This document shows positions 36,890 through 48,200 of a stretch of DNA of 64,000 nt, piece after piece. Position numbers and translations under genes: made by a program. The number at the start of each line of letters is the position of its first letter. The first letter of the stretch is position 1. The notes under the pieces were generated by a model. It worked only from the letters and a program-made list of their open reading frames with translations, was not told the origin of the DNA and did not search any database. This DNA is from Eukaryota sp. TZLM1-RC (Eukaryota > Protista > Metamonada: BaSk clade): positions 3,541,658 to 3,605,657 of the forward strand of contig JAUPSS010000004.1 of the NCBI GenBank assembly GCA_040285825.1, given 5' to 3'.

Positions 36890-39800
36890 TTAAGTACATA
36901 AATAGTGACGGGAACGTTTATTGTAAGAAGAGCCTCTGCCTCTGCCGCGAGTACCTCTTCGACTACGGAAACCAGAACCTCTAGAACTTCTACCTCGAGC
37001 TTGTTGTTGAGCTTGTTGCTCTCTCCATTTCTTGCTCCTTTGGCAGTCTTCACTGGGGCACCTTTCGGTCGGATGGCCCTTTTGCTTACAGAAGTTGCAT
37101 TGGACATCAGCGGCCTGGGAAGACGATTGTGGTAGGCTTCCTCCTCTCTTACTTTGTTTTGGGCGTTTACCTGGACCAGAACCTCGTGGTCTGGGGATGT
37201 CAGGTGGGGAGGGAACGACCATGGGAGGTCGGCGAGAGGCCTGCTGGTGAGTTAATTGGTTCTGATAGGTGAAATCGACATGGTTCAGTTGTTCCATGAA
37301 CGATCTGGCGTTACAGAAATTCTCGTATTCAATTTGAAGAACACTAAAGAATTCCCAAGGGTGTGCCCATCGCATGAGTAGTGGGAGGGAGAGGACCAGA
37401 TCCTGAGGAGTCTGTCTCTGATAGGGATAATTCCTACGCTTTCTAGGACATGAGTAGCAACTACCCAGTCTGGAAGTCTATCAGCTGGAGGAGTGGAGCT
37501 TATGGAGAATGTTCTCAATTGTTGAGAGATGCCCCTAAACTCTTGGATGGCGGTGGAGCGAGTCAAAACTCTGCCGATGTTGACCATGAAGTCAATCCAT
37601 CTATTGCCATAATCTCTTTCCGACCAGTCCATGTTGGTTGCGAGGAGAGCTCGATTAGCCTCATCCAGTCTGCTGAATTGGGTTCTTCTTAGAATTTGAG
37701 CCCAAATGATGCGTTCATCTCTTGAGGTAGGGACCGTGGGAGAAGAGATAGCTAGGTGAGCACCTTGGTATCGTAGCGCATTTAACACCTCGGGGGTGAC
37801 ACATTCAGCGAGGCCTCGGGGGTTGATCCTCATGGCTTAACGGAACAAGTCCCATTCGTGAACTGGTTCTCCAGTGATGTTACCAAAATACTCATCGATC
37901 GATGGTTGGGAACCTTCTCTAGCTAGTTCTAATTCTTCACGTAGTCTGGCAACTTCGTTGGCTAGAGCTATCTGAGCTGGATCCTCCATGTTACCTCTCG
38001 TTTCTCTTAGGACCCGGTCGGTACGACTCCAGAGAATGAATTTGTTGACAAACTTCAGAAGTTTATCAGCGTCTCTCAAATCAGAAGCTTCGAGATATGG
38101 ACGTTTAGGACGGTCCCTACGTCTGTCATCTCGGTCTCTTGATCCAATCATTGAAGAAAGGAGAAGGCTACTTTCGTATGTGCCCGAGAAAGGTGTATGA
38201 TGTGAGGAGATGGAGGAAGTAGAACCTGTCGTGGAAGGTGTAGGTTGAGGTTGAGGAGCTCGACTAACGGGAGTGATGGGAGCAGGTACCGCATCAGAAG
38301 ATGTGATGGGGGTGGGTGATTCACTGCTCACAGTGACAACATCGTCGTCGACTTGTTCCATCGCAGATTGGTTGAGATAGAAAGTTTCCATGGTGGAGAG
38401 TGAATCAGATTCCATAGGAGGTTGTGGTGATTCAGGAGGTTGCGCGGAGGAAGATGGAGCTTCACTCTGTTGAGGTTGAGCAGAGGAAGATGGAGCTTCA
38501 CTCTGTTGAGGTTGAGGTGACTCTTGAACATCTTCAAATTGGGCTGGAACCTGATGAGAAGATACTGCTGGTTGTACCAAGCGAGTCTTTTCGATCCTGC
38601 CTTCAACCATTACCCATTTCAGCATTCTGGATTCTACGCAACCAGGGAATACTGTAACTTGCTGGAGGGCTCTTTGTAGATTACCAGTTCTTCTATGGTC
38701 GGGACCGCAATATGATGCTATATGGTCTGGACGTCTGTCGTAAAGAAAGAGTCTTTCACCATATGTGGTTTCGGTAAACCACCACCCTGTTCTGTAATCT
38801 CTGTCGATAAGGATATCGAGAGATGCATTGTACCCAGGGCATAACCTAGGGTATGGACAAGGGTTATGAACATTTAAGAAGAGGTTGTCTTCATCTCCAG
38901 CGAAGCGTCTGAAAACTCCTTCTCGAGTAGTTCTCATGAACCTAACTCCGGGTCTTGGGTTGTAAGTAGGTTCTGGGTCATTCCTGGAGGTTTCTGGGGT
39001 GATCCTTTCGTCGGTAAGAAATGGACCTATTCTGGGAGAGATCCATAATCCTAAGTCGTTCTCGACTTTGGGACCGTAGAAAGGAGGACGTTTGTTGCTC
39101 AACTCCGTGGGAGGGATGGCTTCTGGGTCCTCTGGAATGACTTGTGTATCCCTATATCTAGCATAAGGATTGTGCTGGCGGGAAGCACCATGATGAATAC
39201 TCGAGCTAGCGTAGGAGCTAGTTTGAGAAGGGGTGTGTTTAGCAAGTGTAGAGGATGTTCCTCTTCTAGCCTGTAACTCTCTTTCCAGTCTGTTCTTAAG
39301 TTTCCAGATTCGATCTTCATGGAAGTAACGTTCTAAATATTTTTTAGAAACCTCACCAGTTTCTCTATCAATTTCAGGAACATGTTCCGTGGGAGGAACC
39401 GGAGGTTGAGCTGTGTGAGAAAATTCCCTGGGAGGTTCCTCATAGTCAACCAGATCTGAAAATAATAGTTCATACCTCTTCTTTGCTCTTCGGAAAGATG
39501 CGAAGGAAAATTTGGTGTGCTAGGAGTGGAATCTCTAGCCTGGGGAGGGGAAACAGACAGATTGTTAACTCCTCTTACTGTTGATGTAGTAAGAGGAGAT
39601 CCTGAAGTTGGGACAGCAGGATTTTGAATAGTTCTCCTAACAGTTGGAACTGCAGGGAGAAGCTGTTGAGAGTGAGAGGGTGGAACCTCAGAACTGGATG
39701 GAAGGGATGAAGATGGTACTTCAATGGCCTTCTTAGAGGAGGAAGAGGGTTGGTCTTCCAATCCTTCTTTTGCAGTGAGAGAAGGTTGAACAGTCTCTCT

Positions 39801-40256
39801 GCTCTGAGTAGAAGGTGAAGGTGGTACTTCAGAACTTCTTCCAGGGAGGGGAGAAGGTGGGACTTCAGATGCCCCCAATTGCGAAGGGGGAAGAGGAGCA
39901 ACGGAATCCTCTACGTCCTCGTCGTCGTAGGAGACCAACGAAGGACTTCTTCCTTCCGAAGGAACGGAATCCTTGGGAGGGTTGTCTCCTTCCACAGGAA
40001 CAGAATCCTGAGGAGGGGAGCTTCCTTCCATGGGAACGGAATCCTCTGGAAGGGAATTGTCTTCCTTTGGGGTGGAACCCTCAGGGAGAGTTGCTTCAGG
40101 AAGCGCAGAAGCTTCAACCGAAGAAGGAGGCACGGAAGCAGGGTCTGTGGTTAGTGGTGAGGAAGAGGGACCAGTCTCTTCCTCAAGGATCCTACGTTGA
40201 GCCGGGGACGACCCAATACGTATTGATGGTCTTGGCTGTTGGTTGTTGTCTGACAT
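36890..40256 (-). pseudogene. gag: Extended gag region in four ORF pieces, ending in a CCHC zinc knuckle
   Basis: CNFCKQKGHPTERC knuckle and RG-rich tail. Pieces are separated by a frame change near 39510, an in-frame TAA at 37837-37839 and a frame change near 37380. Confidence 0.75.
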
Positions 40257-40377
40257 ACAATGTGGAGTAACAGAAGTGTAATTTATTACGAAGAGGAATT
40301 GTATTCTCTCTTCTTAAGCTAACAGGCGGAATACTAATAACTAAACTATTAACTATAAATACTATTCAAGACTAACA
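40224..40377 (-). repeat. 5' LTR
   Basis: TG...CA termini on the element strand. Contains the ATG of ORF1 (40256). Confidence 0.95.
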
Positions 40378-40901
40378 ATACTGAAGATAACTTTCATAAG
40401 AATAAAAGAGGTGATGTTATATAACCTGGATTGGATGGAACCTTCATTTTATTGGATGTAATGTCTGTTGATTTTTGTAATGTCTCAAATGAAAGGCTTG
40501 CTAATTCTAAAATTCATAATCCTCTTTCAAATGCTGAAAATTTCAAAATCAAAAAATACAATGAACCTTTGTCCAAATTGTCCAGTCAACAGCATGCAAA
40601 ATACAATTTGTATCCATTTGTATTTTCTCCATTTGGTTCACTTGCTCTAACGGCTGTACGTTTTTTGAAAGATTCTGAAATGATTGTAAAGAGAAGAACT
40701 AACAGAAATTTCAACAGATTGTTTTGTCAAAATAGAATTTGTTTTCCATTTTTAAGGGGATGTTGAAGAAGGTTTCTGATGCTGTGCTTTCTCTTGGATC
40801 TCATTATACAAGAGTTGCAGCTAGTGTTTTTGTTTTGGGAGATATGGATTACTTAGATGTTGATTTATAGGTTTTTAATAAGATTGAGAATTAAAATAAT
40901 C

Positions 40902-40955
40902 ATTTTTTTGCATTTATTGAATTTGCACACTTAATTAAATTAACTCAATACTAAT
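40902..40955 (-). mobile_element. Family A 3'-end-only fragment (~55 bp)
   Basis: attagtattgagttaatttaattaagtgtgcaaattcaataaa plus A tail, matching the family A 3' UTR. Confidence 0.8.
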
Positions 40956-41221
40956 AAAATCTGTCTTAAAATTGTGTCGATGGAAAAAATTAATAAGTTC
41001 TATTTATAATATCGAGGTTTTTTGATCATCTCTTATTTAAACAAGGAAAGTTCAACACAAAAGATAGGTCAAGGCAATGGGCAATGGTTGCATCCATTAA
41101 TTGAAGGCAAGGTTTTACAAGGAATGTTTGTCAATGACAAACATCTCATCAATCTTGTCTTGTCCTCTGCTACTAATGGCGATGATTCTTCATGCCAGAT
41201 GTTTCTCTCCACTGATCATTG

Positions 41222-41728
41222 ATGCCTGGTATCACTGCTACCTCTCCCGTTTCTCTTTCCGATGAATCCCTCTCATCTGTTGTTTACACGTGTTCTGCCA
41301 TACTTGAGCAACTTTTGGATGTGGAAGACCATACTTGTGACTCATCATTTGTCTCTGAACCTACCGTCAGCTTTCCTGTTTGGATTAGAAGAATTGTTTC
41401 TAAATCAGAAGCCTCTTTGGAATGTGCTTTTGTTGCTCTCTACTATCTTTCAAAGCTACAAGCAAAGTTTCCTCAGCTTCGGTACTCTTCCACTAATGCC
41501 CATCGGTGTTTCCTTGTTGCCTTTATGCTTGCTGCCAAGTTTTGTGAAGATTCTACCTATCAAAATCCTAGCTGAAGAATTATTGGTTATTCTTTTTATT
41601 CCCTTGAAATTCTTAATGCTATGGAAGTTGAATTTATTAAACTTCTTGATTGGAATTTGCACGTTTCTCAAAATGATTTACAAGGTTTTCTTTCTGATTA
41701 TAAGAATATTTTTGATAAATTGTGCTAA
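41222..41728 (+). pseudogene. Pho80/Pcl-type cyclin pseudogene
   Basis: Full-length paralogue of 1289-1786 with TGG>TGA at 41573-41575. The normal stop is mutated TAA>AAA. Confidence 0.85.
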
Positions 41729-42010
41729 ATGTGTAATAAATTTATTTAATAATGTTTTTTCTTAACCTTTACTAATTTTGTATGGTAAAGAATAGATCTT
41801 AATATTTGTTTATTACACCTTTAATCTCAAAACATTATGGAGATTTGTCATTCACTTTGCTAATGCTGAACAATCGGTCCAACAGTTTCTACTTGCCAGC
41901 ATTGAATCAAAGTATAAACGAATGAGGGAAAGAGTACTGTAATGTCCATCTACAGACACTGTACATAAACATTCAACTTGATGATGCTCTCTGAAAGGTC
42001 ATCAATTCCA

Positions 42011-42252
42011 ATGCAACCTCAACGTATGCAAGCAACGGAATGCTAATCTCAGAGCCTGAACATCAACAGCAAAAACAGCCCAAACAACCCCAACAACCTG
42101 GTCAAATGGGCGAGCAACCGGGACAACGCCAACAACCCCAACAACCCGGTCAAGGTCCCCAACAAGGTGAACAGATGCGTCCTGGTCAACAACAACAACA
42201 ACGCAAGGGTCAGCCTGAACAGCCTCAGCAACAACAGGGTAGAAGAGAGTAG
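42011..42252 (+). CDS. Small Gln/Pro/Gly-rich protein (copy 2), 29-nt intron 42024-42052
   Basis: ATG CAA CCT CAA C|gtatgc...gctaatctcag|AG CCT. Exon indels versus copy 1 are in-frame, and the 1-nt indel falls in the intron. Confidence 0.72.
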
Positions 42253-43215
42253 GTAGCTTTCATTGTTGTGAATAAATGTTGCTTATGATGAGGGTCATTC
42301 TTTAAATTTTAAAATCATTATCTTGTTGAATTTATTACTATGAATTTGTTGCTTAGCCAAAAGCAATAATTACTGGTAATTCTATTAAAAGAGGATTACT
42401 GCTGCAAACATTGCTGGTCTCCTTCAAATAACAAAATTGCTATCATCAAGTTGCAGTGAGTAGTCAAATTATGATTTACACAGTCAATCTGTAAAAGTAT
42501 TCTTCGTTAACACCATTGCAAAACATTCTCCGAAAGGCCATTAGCATAAAAAACGGATCTCCTGAAGTGATCAACAAGTAAGAATTCTACAATAGCTTGT
42601 TTTTAGTATTACTTCAGTTCACAGTAAGCTCTCTGTGTGTTAGATTTCAACTTGGTCATGTTGCTCCATTTTGGGCGAACTAATTTAATACATTTTTGAG
42701 AACTATTTGAATATAAAATAATACATCAATTAGTTATCACAAATGTGCAGTTGCTGACTATTATTTCAAAAATTTGGTTCTAAAATTTCCAAGGTACATC
42801 ATTCTCAATCTCCAAAACAAGATACAAATGTGGTTTTTAAATAGAACTAAGGATTTTGAAAACAATGTTGACTGAGAACATCTAACTCTCAGAAAATTGT
42901 TGATGAAGATAACAATTTTAATTGAAAGGAGGAGTTATGGTTTTACAATGTAAGAAAACTAATCACTCTACAAAAGGTATGTAGAAGCAAGCAATCTCGT
43001 TAGAGAAAGCGGACTTGATCAAAGTAACACCAATAAGTCCAAATAGTTTATTTTCATTTATAAAAAGTCTGGTAATTGTTAAAATACTAAAAATCAAGGT
43101 TCTCATGATCAAATCCTCAAAACAATGACTAAATGGCTTGAAAATAGAGTCTCTGTCCTCTCTGAATAGGATATCTTCTGAAGAATGTGTTTCATTTTGA
43201 AGTTGTTATGTCCTA

Positions 43216-43911
43216 ATGTCAAACTACATCTTCTTCGATCTCAACGGGACCCTAATCGATACAAGGGTTTTGCAACAATGTTACCAAGAATGCTCTACTG
43301 ATCCACAGACAACAGCCAAAAAAGTTTGGGATCTTGCATTTGAAACATTCCAACATAATGCTGTTGCAGGCAAAGTACAACCATTTGAAGACGTCATTGA
43401 ATCAGCTATGAGAGCCGTCCATTGTGAGCAAGCAAAGGAATGTTTTTTCTCCCGACTCCCATCTTGTCCACTGTATGACGACGTCAGAATATCGTTTCCT
43501 AAAATGAAAGCTCTAGATTTGAAGCTTGGACTTCTTACCAATACCCCTACAAGATATATGAACGAAATTCTTGCAGCTACTGGGATTTCAGAACTTTTAG
43601 ATGTTAGTTTATCTGCAGAAGAAGTCAGTACTGGGGTACACAAGCCAGATTTGCGTGTGTACAATTTACTGGTCAATCTACTGAACACAGGCGTGGCTCA
43701 CAATATATGTTACGTTTCAGCACACAAGTGGGATTGTTTAGGAGCACTAAATTTGGGCATTCCGACAATCATGATCAATAGAGAAGGATCTGCGACAGTC
43801 ATAGATAGAAGGATACCTACAATTACATCACTGGATATGTTACCCAATGTTGTAATGGCTCTTTTCACTAGTCCCGATAAACTGGAAGCCATTAAGGCGG
43901 AAGAAAGTTGA
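43216..43911 (+). CDS. HAD-superfamily hydrolase, haloacid dehalogenase type II-like
   Basis: FFDLNGTL, LLTN, HKPDLRVY, YVSAHKWDCLGA. Confidence 0.88.
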   Translation: MSNYIFFDLNGTLIDTRVLQQCYQECSTDPQTTAKKVWDLAFETFQHNAVAGKVQPFEDVIESAMRAVHCEQAKECFFSRLPSCPLYDDVRISFPKMKALDLKLGLLTNTPTRYMNEILAATGISELLDVSLSAEEVSTGVHKPDLRVYNLLVNLLNTGVAHNICYVSAHKWDCLGALNLGIPTIMINREGSATVIDRRIPTITSLDMLPNVVMALFTSPDKLEAIKAEES

Positions 43912-44039
43912 TGGTACATTGGCACGGATTTGTACTAGAGCACTATATTTGATTGATAACAATGAAATCGTTGTCATTTAAGCTACCAGACAGGTTTTCT
44001 GCGTTGAAGTATTTTATGAATAAATAGAAAGGTTAATGA

Positions 44040-44232
44040 TCTTTTTTTAAACAACTTTTTTATTTATTCCAATAAAAAACAAACTATACGACCAGGTTAA
44101 AATTCTATGTCTTCATAACCCAAGTCAGCCAAGAAGAATTGACTGGAGGTTTTTCTTTCATAAACGCGTCGAAGAGATAACAAAGCTGAAAATAATAAGG
44201 GAACAACACCTTTGAAACTTAATGAAAGGTTT
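44040..44232 (-). mobile_element. RLE non-LTR retrotransposon family D, ~190-bp 3' fragment with 13-bp TSD
   Basis: FKGVVPLLFSALLSLRRVYERK...YEDIEF* parallels the family B C-terminus. AATAAA plus A tail. TSD GAAAGGTTAATGA at 44027-44039 and 44233-44245. Confidence 0.82.
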
Positions 44233-44489
44233 GAAAGGTTAATGAAGATATAAGATTTTATTGCAAAAAGGAAATAATGGAAATTATCTGCACTGGCACT
44301 TTCTTTACGATATGTCCTTAGTCCCTTCATGGTGCCTCACACGTTTTTCCAGCAAAAAACAACATGATTTCTCAAAACAACTTCATCAGATGTAAAAGGC
44401 AGACTAAAGCAAAACTTAAATGAAAGCAATCAAGAAGATGATCTCTACAGAAGAAAACACCAGCCCACCTCACGCGATGTGACAACTTA

Positions 44490-45240
44490 TTAGTGTCCAG
44501 AATTGTTGGTGAATCGTTTTCCTGAAAAAATTGATGATATTATATTACGTCATTGATATAAGATGTTAGATTGGACTTTAGTTGGTAGGTCGATCAATTT
44601 CCTTCGAAATTCATAGTTTGTTCATCGTTCATTCAATGGAACCTAGTTTAGTTCATAGTTCATCTTTTTACAAATCTTCACCCTGGAAAGACGATAACGT
44701 TAACTCATGTTTTCATTCTTTTCCTTACATCCCAGTACGTGGTTAGTTATATTTAAGTCTGCGTTCTTCAGTATTTAAGCCTATTCAGAAACACCTCATG
44801 AATTAAGATTGACAATTTTACTCAGAAGTTTTCGGTAGACGGATTCCAGATGCTGTACTTGCTCGTTAATTGACAAAATTTGAATTAACGACTGTGTTTC
44901 AGTTGATCCTTGTAACCAATCCAATCAAAGATCTAGCAATGAAAGTTCAGCCATTTATTTAGACAGTGCTGACAATATAACCATCAAACACTATGCAATT
45001 AACTTGTCTCATTTACACTCCAATATTTTTCAATATACACATTTTCCTCAACGATTTGTCTTCATTAAAGTTTTGAAATTCCTACTTTGAATTTGTTTTC
45101 AGATTTAACACAATTTCTAAAAACTCGCGCCAGCAACTTTTTTAGATGTGTTTGAGGAAAAATAGGATTCTGTGGAGTTTTTATTGTAACTGGGCCACTT
45201 ACTCTATCAAAAGTGAAACAGTTGCCATTTAAAGCAATAA
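44490..45240 (+). mobile_element. Highly degraded RLE element remnant
   Basis: gtgaatcgttttcctgaaaaaatt matches family B near 56260. RIPDA and DCVSVDPCNQSNQR resemble the RLE motifs. Ends at AATAAA. Confidence 0.45.
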
Positions 45241-48200
45241 ATCATGATCATTTTATGCAAAACGATTCTTCTTGTGTTCAGCCGATGAAAAGACAGCAGA
45301 ATGGTTCCAAATATGAATCATATCACGTTCATGAAACGCAACATTGTTGGTCCCCTATTTTGCACATTGAGTTTTGACTCACCCCAGGTCAAGTCAACTT
45401 GCATTGATACAAAGGTGATTCGATGCTCTGAGCACTATCAACCTAGATTTTCCTTTTGAATACATTTTCAAAACTGTATGTGTTGTACTAAACGTTGTAA
45501 TGGGTTCGAGTTCATCAAAGAATTTATAGATTTAAAAAAAGAAAGAATTTAATTGTTGTTTGGTAACTTTATTGAGAATTGATTTGTTCAATTGTTTCAT
45601 TTCTTTATTCATTTGACTTGATGCTGTCGATTGTCTACACCTTTCTGACGCAAACTCTTAAAAGTTGATATTTTGCATGGTGACTAAGGGTTTGATGTAA
45701 TGATCTCCATTTATCAGCGTATTTAAGTGAGTTGTTGGAGTGCCTTTTGGGTTATTTTGTTTAAACATTTGCTCTATTGTTTTCAAGATTTTGAAAACAA
45801 AAAAAAGTCAATCCAAAAATCCGTCCAATTGCAATTGGAGAATCGTTTTCAAGAATTCTTGCGTCTCTTGTTTTCAATAGAATTGGGAAAAAAGCCAAGG
45901 AATTTTTCAGTCCATTTCAATTTGGAATCAAGACAATTGATGGTGCTTCTTCTGCTGCTCTTTCGTCGGATGTGTTTTTTTAATTCTAGTGATTCTAATT
46001 ACATCTTCAATTTAGATTTTAAGAATGCTTTCAATTCTGTATCTCGTTCTTCCATTTTACCTTTGCTGCGAAATCATTTTCCTGAAGTTGAGCCTTTGTT
46101 CTATTCATTTTATGGAAAATCATCCACATTGGTCTATGAAAACTTTGACCTGCTTTCGTCTTCAGGTGTTAAACAAGGTGATCCACTTGGTCCTTTTTTC
46201 TTTTGTCTGGCAATTCATCCATTAATGTGCGAATTGAAAGAAAAATTCCGAGAAATAGATATTGTAGCATATATGGATGACATTTCTGAAATTGCTCCTA
46301 TTACAATTCTGAAACAAATAGTAACTTTTATTCAACAGCGTTATCATGATCATTTCATGCAAAACGATTCTTCTTGTGTTCAGCCGATGAAAAGACAGCA
46401 GAATGGTTCCAAATATGAATCATATCACGTTCATGAAACGCAACATTGTTGGTCCCCTTTTTTGCACATTGAGTTTTGACTCACCCCAGGTCAAGTCAAC
46501 TTACATTGATACAAAGGTGATTCGATGCTCTGAGCACTATCAACCTAGATTTTCCTTTTGAATACATTTTCAAAACTGTATGTGTTGTACTAAACGTTGT
46601 AATGGGTTCGAGTTCATCAAAGAATTTATAGATTTAAAAAAAGAAAGAATTTAATTGTTGTTTGGTAACTTTATTGAGAATTGATTTGTTCAATTGTTTC
46701 ATTTCTTTATTCATTTGACTTGATGCTGTCGATTGTCTACACCTTTCTGACGCAAACTCTTAAAAGTTGATATTTTGCATGGTGACTAAGGGTTTGATGT
46801 AATGATCTCCATTTATCAGCGTATTTAAGTGAGTTGTTGGAGTGCCTTTTGGGTTATTTTGTTTAAACATTTGCTCTATTGTTTTCAAGATTTTGAAAAC
46901 AAAAAGGTCAATCCAAAATCCGTCCAATTGCAATAGGAGAATCGTTTTCAAGAATTCTTGCGTCTCTTGTTTTCAATAGAATTGGGAAAAAAGCCAAGGA
47001 ATTTTTCAGTCCATTTCAATTTGGAATCAAGACAATTGATGGTGCTTCTTCTGCTGCTCTTTCGTCGGATGTGTTTTTTAATTCTAGTGATTCTAATTAC
47101 ATCTTCAATTTAGATTTTAAGAATGCTTTCAATTCTGTATCTCGTTCTTCCATTTTACCTTTGCTGCGAAAGCATTTTCCTGAAGTTGAGCCTTTCTTCT
47201 ATTCATTTTATGGAAAATCATCCACATTGGTCTATGAAAACTTTGACCTGCTTTCGTCTTCAGGTGTTAAACAAGGTGATCCACTTGGTCCTTTTTTCTT
47301 TTGTCTGGCAATTCATCCATTAATGTGCGAATTGAAAGAAAAATTCCGCGAAATAGATATTGTAGCATATATGGATGACATTTCTGTAATTGCTCCTATT
47401 ACAATTCTGAAACAAATAGCAACTTTTATTCAACAGCGTTATCATGATCATTTCATGCAAAACGATTCTTCTTGTGTTCAGCCGATGAAAAGACAGCAGA
47501 ATGGTTCCAAATATGAATCATATCACATTCATGAAACGCAACATTGTTGGTCCCCTATTTTGCTTATTGAGTTTTGACTTACCCCAGGTCAAGTCAACTT
47601 ACATTGATACAAAGGTGATTCGATGCTCTGAGCACTATCAACCTAGATTTTCCTTTTGAATACATTTTCAAAACTGTATGTGTTGTACTAAACGTTGTAA
47701 TGGGTTCGAGTTCATCAAAAAATTTATAGATTTAAAAAAAGAAAAAATTTAATTGTTGTTTGGTAACTTTATTGAGAATTGATTTGTTCAATTGTTTCAT
47801 TTCTTTATTCATTTGACTTGATGCTGTCGATTGTCTACACTTTTCTGACGCAAACTCTTAAAAAGTTGATATTTTGCATGGTGACTAAGGGTTTGATGTA
47901 ATGATCTCCATTTATCAGCGTATTTAAGTGAGTTGTTGGAGTGCCTTTTGGGTTATTTTGTTTAAACATTTGCTCTATTGTTTTCAAGATTTTGAAAACA
48001 AAAAAAGTCAATCCAAAATCCGTCCAATTGCAATTGGAGAATCGTTTTCAAGAATTCTTGCGTCTCTTGTTTTCAATAGAATTGGGAAAAAAGCCAAGGA
48101 ATTTTTCAGTCCATTTCAATTTGGAATCAAGACAATTGATGGTGCTTCTTCTGCTGCTCTTTCGTCGGATGTGTTTTTTAATTCTAGTGATTCTAATTAC

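Larger units (their letters stand above)
32941..40377 (-). mobile_element. Ty3/gypsy LTR retrotransposon (chromovirus-like), full length but decayed
   Basis: 154-bp LTRs differing at 2 positions, 4-bp TSD ATAC (32937-32940, 40378-40381), PPT GAAAGAGAGGAAAAGG next to the 3' LTR, domain order gag-PR-RT-RH-IN. Confidence 0.96.
32800..40900 (+). mobile_element. RLE non-LTR retrotransposon family C, 3' fragment split by the LTR element (32800-32940 + 40382-40900)
   Basis: Rejoined frame reads LLNCKHFITSRSKVHDTV..FLEPLLSNLFDT|EDNFHKNKRGDV..LLDVMSVD..KIKKY. Related to families A and B but distinct. Confidence 0.85.
22471..42525. repeat. Right arm of the inverted duplication, interrupted by nested retroelements
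   Basis: Reverse-complement match to 501-7078 in blocks separated by insertions at 24102, 28088 and 31263-40955. Confidence 0.9.

Noticed and set aside
30925-41290. ~340-bp direct repeat flanking the nest as a giant TSD
   Set aside because: The two copies are far more diverged than the enclosed LTR pair and do not bound a single element. Better explained as two older cassette copies.
33089-41728. In-frame TAA/TGA in gag, pol and the cyclin copy as evidence for a reassigned genetic code
   Set aside because: Conserved host genes end in TAA (H3 copy 2), TAG (H2A, H2B, H4) and TGA (HECT, TM2). The stops replace different residues (Cys, Trp), as expected from decay.
45502-45514. GGTTCGAGTTC in each array unit as a tRNA T-arm or Pol III B box
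   Set aside because: No proper T-stem, cloverleaf or A box could be found.
46468-46479. Array fusion ORF ends IEF*, like families B and D (EDIEF*)
   Set aside because: Upstream residues are unrelated, no AATAAA/A tail follows and some units read through differently. Treated as coincidence.
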